Shown: piece by piece, positions 40,201 to 48,997 of the stretch
Layout: each line of letters opens with the position of its first letter
Position numbering within the stretch: position 1 is the first letter of the stretch
DNA from: an uncultured delta proteobacterium
GTDB lineage: Bacteria > Myxococcota_A > Polyangia > Polyangiales > B10-G4
Length of the DNA: 64,000 nt
Assembly: GCA_963727445.1 (NCBI GenBank)
Contig: CAVSGI010000020.1
Location: forward strand, 416,001-480,000
Direction of reading: 5' to 3'
The notes under the pieces: model-generated
Databases searched by the model: none
What the model saw: only the letters and a program-made list of their open reading frames with translations
Told to the model about the DNA's origin: nothing
Program-made: the position numbers and the translations under genes

Positions 40201-43200
40201 GACAGATCGACTGCTCTGGCGGCATGCCCGTGTGCGTGGCGGCGGGCTTCGTGGCGGCGGGGACGGAATGCCGGGCGTCGACAGGCCCCTGCGACGCGGC
40301 GGAGGCCTGCACGGGATCGAGCGCGACATGTCCTGCGGATGCGCTGGCGCCGGCGGGGACGACGTGCCGCGCCGCAGCGGGCAGTTGCGACGTAGCCGAG
40401 GTGTGCGACGGAGCGAGCGCGATGTGCCCGGGGGATTCGATGGCGGCGGCGGGGACGACCTGTCGGGCGAGCGCGGGCGTGTGCGATTCGGCGGAGGTCT
40501 GCGACGGGCTGAGCTCCACGTGTCCGGCGGACGTCGTCGCGTCGGCGGGGACACTGTGCCGAGCGAGCGCGGGAACCTGTGATACGGCGGAGGTCTGCAA
40601 CGGGTCGAGCGGCACCTGTCCGGCGGATGGCTTCGTGGCGGCGGGCACGTCCTGCAGGGCCAGCACCGGTATCTGCGACGTCGCCGAGACCTGCACTGGA
40701 AGTAGCGCCACGTGCCCTCCGGATGCCCTCACCGCCGCCGGGACCATCTGTCGCGCCCAGAGTGGAGAGTGCGATGCGGCGGAGACGTGTGACGGAGCGA
40801 GCGCCGCGTGCCCTGCCGACGGCTACCAGGCCGTCGGCACGGTGTGCTCGGGTGGCGTGTGCGACGGAATGAACATGTGCATCGCCTGCAGCTCGGGAGC
40901 GCCCTGCTCGACGGGCAACGCCTGCGAGATCGGCCAGATCGACTGCTCCGGCGGAGCGCCGGTTTGCGTCTCGGCCGGCCTGCGCCCGGCAGGCACCGTC
41001 TGCCGTGCGTCGACGGGCGCCTGCGATGCCGCGGAGACCTGCACGGGATCGAGCCCGGTCTGTCCCGCGGACTCCCTCTCTCCCGCGGGCACCGTCTGTC
41101 GTGCGAGCGCCGGGGCATGTGACGTAGCGGAGACGTGCAGCGGCTCGAGCGCGACCTGTCCCGCGGATTCGCTCGCCGCGGGGGGAACGGTATGCCGCGC
41201 GAGCGCCGGGGCCTGCGACGTGGCGGAGACGTGCAGCGGTTCGAGCGCGACCTGCCCCGCCGATGTCGTCTCGTCCGCTGGTACGGTGTGCCGCGCGAGC
41301 GCAGGCGTCTGCGACGTCGCCGAGACGTGCAATGGGGTGAGCGGCGCGTGTCCGGCGAACGGCTTGGTCTCGTCGGGCACGGTGTGCCGACCATTGGCGG
41401 CCGGTGGCTGCGACGTGGCGGAGACGTGCACGGGCTCGAGCGCCTCGTGCCCCGCCGACGGTTTTGCTTCGTCGGGCACGGTGTGCCGGGCGAGCGCGGG
41501 GGCGTGCGACGTGGCGGAGACGTGCGAGCGGCTCGAGCGCGACGTGTCCGGCGAACGGCTTCGTCGCGGTCGGGACGGAGTGCGGGCGAGCGCGGGGGCG
41601 TGCGACGTGGCGGAGACGTGCAACGGGTTGAGCGCGGCGTGCCCGGCCGACGCTTTTGCTTCGTCGAGGACGGAGTGCCGAGCGAGCGCGGGGGCTGTGC
41701 GACGTGGCGGAGACGTGCACCGGGTCGAGCGCGGCATGTCCCGCGAACGGCTTCGTCTCCGGTGGGACGGAGTGCCGAGCGAGCGGCGGGGTCTGCGACA
41801 TCGCGGAGACGTGCACGGGCTCGAGCGCGGCGTGTCCGGCGAACAGCTTCGTCTCGTCGGGCACGGAGTGCCGCGCTCTCGCGGCCGGCGGGTGCGACGT
41901 GGCGGAGACGTGCAACGGTTCGAGCGCGGCGTGCCCAGCGGATGCATTTGCCTCGTCTGGGACAGTGTGCCGAGCGAGCGCGGGGGCGTGCGACGTTGCG
42001 GAGACGTGCAGCGGCTCGAGCGCGACCTGTCCCGCAAACGCCTACGCATCGTCGGGCACGGTCTGCCGCGCGGCTGCGGGCAGTTGCGACGTAGCGGAGA
42101 CCTGTACGGGCTCGGCGGCCACCTGCCCCGCCAACGCCCTCGTGTCCGGCGGGACTCAGTGTCGAGCGAGCGCCGGCGTCTGCGACGTAGCGGAGTCGTG
42201 CACGGGGTCGAGCGCGCTCTGCCCCGCCAACGGCTTCGTGTCCGGCGGGACTCAGTGTCGAGCGAGCGCTGGCGTCTGCGACGTGGCGGAGTCGTGCACG
42301 GGTTCGAGCGCGGCCTGTCCCTCGAACGGATTCGTGTCTGCGGGTACCGAGTGTCGAGCGAGCGCGGGCGTCTGCGACACGGCGGAGCAGTGCACGGGCT
42401 CGAGCGCATCGTGTCCGGCGAACGCCCTGACGCCGGCGGGCACGGAGTGTCGGGCGAGCACGGGCCCTTGCGACGTCGCAGAGACTTGCACGGGCTCGAG
42501 CACGTCGTGTCCGGCGAACGGGTACGTGGCAGCGGGGACCGAGTGCCGGGCGAGCGCGGGTGTCTGTGACGTGGCGGAGACGTGCAGTGGTTCGAGCGCG
42601 ACCTGTCCCGCGAACGGGTATGTGTCAGCGGGGACCGAGTGCCGGGCGAGCGCCGGCGTCTGCGACGTGGCGGAGCAATGCACGGGCTCGAGCGCATCCT
42701 GCCCCTTCAACCGATACCTGTCCTCGGCGACGGTCTGTCGCCCCACTGGCGCGGGTACCTGCGACGTCGCCGAAACGTGCACGGGCTCGAGCGCGTCCTG
42801 CCCACCCGATGGTTGCCTGACCTCGCAGTCCTGCTCGGAGTGCGGATACTCCGGCACGCAGACCTGTGACGGCACGTGCAACTGGGCCAATTGCGGCAAC
42901 TTCAGCTTCAGCCGCTACTACGACAACGTCGAGGTTCCCTTCACCCACTCCTGCGGCTACAACTGCGGCGACGGGCTCGGCGACTGGTGCATCCTCGGGG
43001 CGCCCGGCGGCGGCTGCGATCTCATCAGCGGCGGCCCCAGCCCGAGCATCACCGCGCCCCCCGGTCGCTACCGGGCCGACTTCTACTGGGGCGACGTCGG
43101 AACCCACGACTTCTACGCCTACGTCAACGGGGTCCTCGCGGGCTCGGCGACCTACACGAACAGCTCGTCGTCCAGCTTCCCCCACGTCTACGTGAACTTC

Positions 43201-43305
43201 ACGATCGCGGCCGGGACCTGCGGCACGATCACCCTGCGCATCCGCTCTAGAGCGGGTGCGCGCATCCGTCTCTACTCCATCCGCATCGACCGCACCGGCA
43301 ATTAG
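37230..43305 (+). CDS. Giant Cys-rich repeat lipoprotein (~2,020 aa) with ~39 disintegrin-like repeats; three apparent 1-nt indels near 41526, 41583, 41696
   Basis: Lipobox LVSC. The repeat GTxCRxxxGxCDxAExCxGxSxxCPxD continues across track ORFs 37230..42569 and 41656..43305. C-terminal non-repeat beta-rich domain. Confidence 0.85.
38285..42810 (+). repeat. Coding tandem repeat, ~96-bp unit (32 aa), interrupted by a second Cys-rich unit
   Basis: Recurrent tgcgacgtggcggagacgtgc..ggctcgagcgcg..tgtccggcg with ~96-nt period. Confidence 0.9.
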
Positions 43306-43324
43306 TCGCCGGTGTAGCGCGAGC

Positions 43325-44581
43325 TCAACCGAAGGACTGACGCCGAGGCTTGCGTGAGATGCGGACCAGCGCCTCGGGCGCGGCGCGCTCGGGCTCGGGC
43401 GCGTCGTCGGCTTCCACCACGATCTCGAAGAGCCCGCAGTCGAAGGGCGTGCCGTCAGCCGGGTCGGCAGGCACCAGGCGCTCGCGCAGTCCGCGGCGCG
43501 CGTGCTCGAGGGCGCGGAAGTGACAGTAGGGGTTGTTCCCCGGTCGCCCGAAGAACGCGTGGGAGGTGAAGGAGCAGCCGCCGAGGCAGGTGTCACCGTA
43601 GACGCACTCGGCGCAGAAGCCGTGCAGGTCGTCGCGTGTTCGCGCGCGGGCGAAGCCGAGCTCGGGGGTCTCGTCCCAGATGCTGGCGATCGAACGGTCG
43701 CGCGCGTGGCCGCCCACGTAGGTCGTGGTCTGAAGCGAAGGGCAGCCCTTGATCGCGCCGTCCGACTCGATCCCCATCACGTACTTGCCCGCCTGGCATC
43801 CGGCCCAGTGGTCACCGTGCTCGGGGCGAAGTGAGCGCAGGAGCCCCTCTTCGGGGCCGAAGTAACCGAGGTTGTTGCCGGGCATCAGGAGCAGCCCTTC
43901 CTCGAGGCCGCGCTTCTTCACCGCCGCGATGCGCGGCATCAAGTCGAGCAGGTCGTAGGGTTGAAGGAGCATCTCCGGCCGATCCGCCGCGCGGCCCAGG
44001 GGCGCCGTGAGCTGTACCTGCCACGCGCGCACCCCCGCGTCGCGCAGCACCGCGTAGAGCCCTTCGAGGTCGCCCATGTTCAGGCGATTGAAGTTCGTGT
44101 TCGCACCGGCGGCCATCCCGGCCTCGCGCGCGTTCGCGAGCGCCGCGACCCCATCCCGAAACGAGCCGCGCCGGGCGCGCATCCGGTCGTGGTTGTCTTC
44201 GAGGCCGTCGAGGCTCACCGACACGCGCGTGACCCCCGCTTCCTTCATCGCGCGCGCCATCTCCTTCGTGATGCCGCGACCGCCGGTGGTGACGAGCACC
44301 CGCACGTCCGCTTCGTGAAAGGCGCGCGCCACCTCGAGGAAGCCTTCGTGCAGGTACGCCTCGCCGCCGATCAGCACCACCTCCCGCGTGCCCATCGCCA
44401 CCAGCTGGCGCACGACGTCCAGCGCCTCCGCCGCGCCGAGCTCGCTCTCACGCGCGACCCCGGCCCGAGACCCGCAGTGGGTGCAGGCGTGGTCGCAGGC
44501 GAGGGTCAGCTCCCAGACGACGTAGCGCGGGTGGTGATCGGTACCGACGACGTCGAGGCGACGGCGTGAAGGCTCGTTCAC
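43325..44581 (-). CDS. Radical SAM/SPASM peptide maturase, PlpX/splicease-like
   Basis: VWELTLACDHACTHCGSRAG (CxxxCxxC), LIGGEAYL, TTGG, AWQVQLTAPLGRAAD..LLQPY, GNNLGYFGP; SPASM CQAG..GIESDGAIKGCPSL..FCAEC..CLGGC..GNNPYCHFRAL..G.PFD.G.FE. GTG start 1 nt after the upstream stop. Confidence 0.9.
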   Translation of the reverse strand: MNEPSRRRLDVVGTDHHPRYVVWELTLACDHACTHCGSRAGVARESELGAAEALDVVRQLVAMGTREVVLIGGEAYLHEGFLEVARAFHEADVRVLVTTGGRGITKEMARAMKEAGVTRVSVSLDGLEDNHDRMRARRGSFRDGVAALANAREAGMAAGANTNFNRLNMGDLEGLYAVLRDAGVRAWQVQLTAPLGRAADRPEMLLQPYDLLDLMPRIAAVKKRGLEEGLLLMPGNNLGYFGPEEGLLRSLRPEHGDHWAGCQAGKYVMGIESDGAIKGCPSLQTTTYVGGHARDRSIASIWDETPELGFARARTRDDLHGFCAECVYGDTCLGGCSFTSHAFFGRPGNNPYCHFRALEHARRGLRERLVPADPADGTPFDCGLFEIVVEADDAPEPERAAPEALVRISRKPRRQSFG

Positions 44582-44582
44582 C

Positions 44583-44969
44583 TCAGGCGTCGGGGGCCGC
44601 GTCCGCGGCGGCGTCCCCGCTCGCTGCGTCGCCCGACGCGTCTCCGCTCGCATCGGAGGCCGCATCGGAGGCCGCATCGGCCGCGCCCGTATCCGCGGTG
44701 CCGGTGTCCGTGGTGCCCGTGTCCGCGGTGCCCGTGTCGGTTCCCATGTCCGCTCCCGAGTCGACGGGGCCAGTGTCCGGCGGCACGTAGTCGTCGGCGG
44801 CGCCGTAACAAGCGGAGAGGGTCATCGCCAGGATCCCTCCGCCCAGGGTGGCGAGGGGTCCGACCAGGCGCTTTGTAACCACCGAGGCTGACGCGCCGCA
44901 ATGCGGACAGGTCGACAGCTTGGAGGGAAGGAAGGAATCACACTGCGAACAAGAGCTGAGCTTGGCCAT
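44583..44969 (-). CDS. Small putative lipoprotein / RiPP-like substrate: Zn ribbon + lipobox-CYG + Asp-rich tail (128 aa)
   Basis: MAKLSSCSQC-x10-CPHC...ILAMTLSACYGAADDY...(DTG/DAAS)n. Confidence 0.8.
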   Translation of the reverse strand: MAKLSSCSQCDSFLPSKLSTCPHCGASASVVTKRLVGPLATLGGGILAMTLSACYGAADDYVPPDTGPVDSGADMGTDTGTADTGTTDTGTADTGAADAASDAASDASGDASGDAASGDAAADAAPDA

Positions 44970-45012
44970 CGACGGCGACCTTATCACCAACCCCGCCGCG
45001 GGCCGAAGAACC

Positions 45013-46029
45013 TCATCGCGCGGCAGCGCCACCGATTCGGAGCCCGAGGTCTCGCAGGTGCTCCCCCTCGCCGGTGAAGGGATCGATGCGGATCAGGGCC
45101 CCGTGGCAGGTGAACCCGTAGAGGAGGTCCCCAAAAGCGGCTACACCCCAGATGCACGGAAAGCCGGTATAGCCGAGGAGCCGCGCGCCGCCCCCCTCGA
45201 GGTCGACCTCGGCCAGCTGGTTGTCGCGGGTCTCGGAAGAGGCCTCGTCGGTGACGGTGACGAGCATCCGCCCATCGACGAAGGCGATGTCCCCAGAGGC
45301 GACCCAGCCCGCCGGGAGTCGCGCCACCTGCTCCCAGGCCCCGCTCATGGGGTCCATCGCGACGATGCGATCGTCCTGACCCGCCCCGAAGAGGCGTCCG
45401 CCGGGCCCTTCTTCGAGCGCCACCAGCTCGCCCGGGGAGGGGAACAGGGGGCGAACGCCCCCCAGGATGTCGTCCACCTCGAAGACCGAGTCGAAGTTCA
45501 CCCCATAGAGACGGCGGTCCGAGGCCAGCGCGATGTCGGTGAAGCGGGCGGCGAGGCGGGTGAGGCGGGTGAAATCGCCGGCGGGGAGGTCCACCTGGTA
45601 GAGGGCGTCGTTGTCGTGGATGAGAGCCTGGGCCACACATCCCCGAACGGGGTCACAGCGGTGGCTGATCGGGCAGGCCAGGTCGTCGGGCTCGAAGGCG
45701 CAACCCGTGGGCTCGACGCATGAATTGGTGGTGCAGTCGACGCCGTCGTCGCAGGCGAGGGGGCTCGTGACGCAGCCCGACATCGAGTCGCAGCGGCCGA
45801 TCTCGCAGGTGAGCCCGGTTTCACAGGCGTCGGCGAGGATCTGCTGGTGGCATCGGCCGGCCTCGCAGCGGTCCTCGGTGCAGCCCACGCCGTCTTCGCA
45901 GTCCACGTCGGCGGTGCACTCCGGCACCTCCCCGTCGGGCAGGCCGAGGGGGGCGGGGTCGACGCCGAGCCCCGACTTGCTGCCACATGCCACCCCCAAA
46001 AGGGCCAGCGCCAGGACCGTGCGTCTCAT
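45013..46029 (-). CDS. Cys-rich lipoprotein with C-terminal beta-propeller
   Basis: Lipobox LGVAC; CEDGVGCTEDRC and CDDGVDCTTNSC repeats; propeller blades FTDIAL..LYG, SGDIAF, IWGVAAFGDLLYGFT. Confidence 0.75.
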   Translation of the reverse strand: MRRTVLALALLGVACGSKSGLGVDPAPLGLPDGEVPECTADVDCEDGVGCTEDRCEAGRCHQQILADACETGLTCEIGRCDSMSGCVTSPLACDDGVDCTTNSCVEPTGCAFEPDDLACPISHRCDPVRGCVAQALIHDNDALYQVDLPAGDFTRLTRLAARFTDIALASDRRLYGVNFDSVFEVDDILGGVRPLFPSPGELVALEEGPGGRLFGAGQDDRIVAMDPMSGAWEQVARLPAGWVASGDIAFVDGRMLVTVTDEASSETRDNQLAEVDLEGGGARLLGYTGFPCIWGVAAFGDLLYGFTCHGALIRIDPFTGEGEHLRDLGLRIGGAAAR

Positions 46030-46131
46030 CGGGCACCGAGCCTACCTCCCGAGGGGCAGCCGCGCCGCTCGCATCCGAAGCAAGAAGCAGTGGAATTTGA
46101 CGTGCCTGCTTCAGCTGCCCAATTTGTAGGC

Positions 46132-47499
46132 GTGCCCCGACGTTCCACGGCCCGCTCGCTGCTCACCTTCGCGGGGGTGGCCGGGGCGGCCGTCTTCCTC
46201 TGGACCTGTGCGGGCGCCCCTCCTCGTGGGACGGATCGCCCCGCGCCCGGCCCCAGCGCCGCCTCGGACGATCCGTCCCCCTCGCCGATCGCCGCCGCCG
46301 AGGAGCCGGCCGAGCTGGCCGCCGGCCCCGCCTTCGCGCCCATCGACGACGGAGTGCCAGGCCTGAGGATCCCGATTCACGATCCCTCGGGGGTCGCCCT
46401 CGCGCACTTCTACGAAGCGCTCCGCCGCGCCGAAGCAGGCGAAGGACAAGCGAAGCTCGCGTTCTATGGCGCGAGTCACGTCGCCTCCGATCTCTTCACC
46501 GGCTACTTGCGCGATGCGCTTCAGCGACGCTTCGGCGACGCCGGTCCCGGCTTCGTGATCCCGGCGCATCCCTGGCGCTTCTATCGCAATCAGCGCTTCG
46601 ACATCGAGTCGAGCCGTCGCCTCTGGGACGGACACAAGGTGCGAGCGACGGATCCGGAGGTCCACTACTACGGCCTCGCCGGAGCCTTCGTCGAGACCTC
46701 CAGGCGCGGCGCTTTCGGTGCCATCACCACGCGCGAGCACGACGGTCTCGGCGGCAAGGTCTCCCGCTACGACCTCTATTACATGCAGCAGCCCGGCGGC
46801 GGCTCCTTCGAGGTGAAGATCGACGGCGAAGTCGTGGGCCGCGTCGACACCGACAGTGAGGACAAGGGCGCCGGCTACGCGACCTACGAAGTGGAAGACG
46901 GGGCGCATCGCTTCGAGGTGCGCACCCTCTCCGATCGTCCGGTGCGCATCTTCGGTGTCGCCGCCGACCGCGAGACGCCCGGGGTGATCCTCGACACCCT
47001 CGGCATCAACGGCGCCCGCGCTCGGTACCACCTGCAGTGGGAAGACGGGATGTACCGCGAGCATCTCGCGCGTCGGCATCCGGACCTGGTGGTGCTCGCC
47101 TACGGCACGAACGAGTCCGGCGACGACGAGGTTCCGATCACGACCTACGAGGAACGTTTGCGCCGCGTGCTGACGCGGGTCAAGGAGGTCGTGCCCGAAG
47201 CGTCCTGCCTGCTCATCGGTCCGTCGGACCGTCCTTTTCGCGAGGACGGCGACGCACTCGACCGGCCGCGCACCAGTGAGCTCGTCGATGCACAACGTCG
47301 CGTGAGCGAAGAGATGGGGTGCGGCTTCTTCGACCTCGTCGCGTTCATGGGCGGACCGCTCTCGATGGTCGATTGGGTGGAGCACGATCCGCGTTACGGC
47401 GCGCCCGATCACATCCACTACACGCGCAGAGGCTACGAAAGACTGGGCGAAGCGCTGCGCTATGCCCTCCTCTACGACTTCGAGGCGCCCAGCGAATAG
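46132..47499 (+). CDS. SGNH/GDSL-family O-acetyltransferase/esterase (PatB-like)
   Basis: FYGASHVASD, LGINGAR, AYGTNE, PDHIHYT..GY. Start approximate. Confidence 0.85.
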   Translation: MPRRSTARSLLTFAGVAGAAVFLWTCAGAPPRGTDRPAPGPSAASDDPSPSPIAAAEEPAELAAGPAFAPIDDGVPGLRIPIHDPSGVALAHFYEALRRAEAGEGQAKLAFYGASHVASDLFTGYLRDALQRRFGDAGPGFVIPAHPWRFYRNQRFDIESSRRLWDGHKVRATDPEVHYYGLAGAFVETSRRGAFGAITTREHDGLGGKVSRYDLYYMQQPGGGSFEVKIDGEVVGRVDTDSEDKGAGYATYEVEDGAHRFEVRTLSDRPVRIFGVAADRETPGVILDTLGINGARARYHLQWEDGMYREHLARRHPDLVVLAYGTNESGDDEVPITTYEERLRRVLTRVKEVVPEASCLLIGPSDRPFREDGDALDRPRTSELVDAQRRVSEEMGCGFFDLVAFMGGPLSMVDWVEHDPRYGAPDHIHYTRRGYERLGEALRYALLYDFEAPSE

Positions 47500-47570
47500 C
47501 GCCTGATTTCGGCCCTTTGGGGGCCGGGTGGCGTCGGGCTTTCGAGACGAGTAGAACCGGCCGCCGGCCG

Positions 47571-48992
47571 ATGCTGTTCAACAGCCCCGACTACGTTCTT
47601 CTGCTCATCCTCGCGGTCGCGGGCTACTGGCTTCTCGCGCATCACCGCGCGTCGCGCCTGCTCTTCATCTTCCTCGCGTCGTGTGCGTTCTACATGGCGT
47701 GGCATCCGTACTACATCGTCTTGATCCTCGGATCGACGCTGCTCGACTTCACCGCGGGTCATCAGATCCATGCAGCGACGTCTGCGCGCAAGAAGCGCGC
47801 GTGGCTCCTGGTGAGCGTCGTCGGCAACCTCGGTCTGCTCGGCACCTTCAAGTACTTCAACTTCTTCGGACGCGCGACGGCCGACGTCGTGTCGCTCTTC
47901 GGCTACGAGCTCCATCCGCCGTTCTTGGACGTGCTGCTCCCGGTGGGGATCAGCTTCTACACGTTCCAGACGATGAGCTACACCATCGACATCTACCGCG
48001 GGCGGCTCGCGCCCACGAAGAGCCTCCTCGAGTTCGCGTTCTTCGTGACCTACTTCCCGCAGCTCGTCGCCGGGCCGATCGTGCGCGCGTCCGAGTTCCT
48101 CCCTCAGCTGAAGCACACGCCCGAGCTCAGACGCGACGAGGTGGGGCGCGGCCTCTTCCTGATCGCGACCGGCATGATCAAGAAGGTCGCCATCGCAGAC
48201 TTCCTCTCGGTGAACCTCGTCGACCGCGTCTTCGAGAATCCCGAGCTCTACACCGCACCCGAAGTCGTCTTCGCCCTGTACGGCTTTACCGTCCAGATCT
48301 ATTGCGATTTCTCCGGATACACCGACGTCGCGAGGGGCTCGGCGATGCTCATGGGCCTGCGCCTCCCGCGCAACTTCGATCGCCCTTATCAGTCCGCGAG
48401 CCCCGCCGAGTTCTGGCGCACCTGGCACATGACGTTGTCGACGTGGTTGCGCGACTACCTCTACTTCCCACTCGGCGGCTCACGCGTCTCTCCACCGCGC
48501 GCGTACTTCAACTTGTTCGTCACGATGTTCTTGATCGGCATCTGGCATGGCGCGTCGTGGACGTTCGTTCTCTACGCGCTCTTGCAAGCCGGCGCGATGA
48601 TCGTGCACCGCTTCTTCCATCGTCGATCGGGTCGCGCGCGGGACGCCGTCGACCCCTGGCCGATGCGCGCTGTCAAGGTGTTCGCCTGTCTTCAGTTCGT
48701 CGTCTTCAGCCGCATACTTTTCAGGGCAACCAACATCGATAACGCTTGGGACGTGACAAGTCGCCTCTTCAGCGGTACGACATCCATGGCGCAGGTTTCG
48801 ACGACGGTGTTCATCGTCCTCGTCCTGTCGCTCGGGGCTCACTACACACCGAGGCGTTGGTTCGAAGAGATGGAACGACGCTTCATCAAGTTGCCGGCGC
48901 TCGCTCAGGGGGCTCTCCTCGGGGTGGTCGCGGGTTTCCTGGGCCTCGTCGCCACCACCGAAGTCGTCCCGTACATCTACTTTCAGTTCTGA
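47571..48992 (+). CDS. MBOAT family O-acyltransferase (AlgI/PatA-like)
   Basis: LPVGISFYTFQTMSY, FPQLVAGPIVR, QIYCDFSGYTD, FWRTWHMTLSTWLRDYLY, GIWHGA, C-terminal YIYFQF. Confidence 0.95.
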   Translation: MLFNSPDYVLLLILAVAGYWLLAHHRASRLLFIFLASCAFYMAWHPYYIVLILGSTLLDFTAGHQIHAATSARKKRAWLLVSVVGNLGLLGTFKYFNFFGRATADVVSLFGYELHPPFLDVLLPVGISFYTFQTMSYTIDIYRGRLAPTKSLLEFAFFVTYFPQLVAGPIVRASEFLPQLKHTPELRRDEVGRGLFLIATGMIKKVAIADFLSVNLVDRVFENPELYTAPEVVFALYGFTVQIYCDFSGYTDVARGSAMLMGLRLPRNFDRPYQSASPAEFWRTWHMTLSTWLRDYLYFPLGGSRVSPPRAYFNLFVTMFLIGIWHGASWTFVLYALLQAGAMIVHRFFHRRSGRARDAVDPWPMRAVKVFACLQFVVFSRILFRATNIDNAWDVTSRLFSGTTSMAQVSTTVFIVLVLSLGAHYTPRRWFEEMERRFIKLPALAQGALLGVVAGFLGLVATTEVVPYIYFQF

Positions 48993-48997
48993 GCGCA

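Noticed and set aside
38285..42810. Regular ~96-bp periodicity resembling a CRISPR array
   Set aside because: Units are degenerate at third codon positions, in frame and lack unique spacers; no cas genes. This is a protein repeat.
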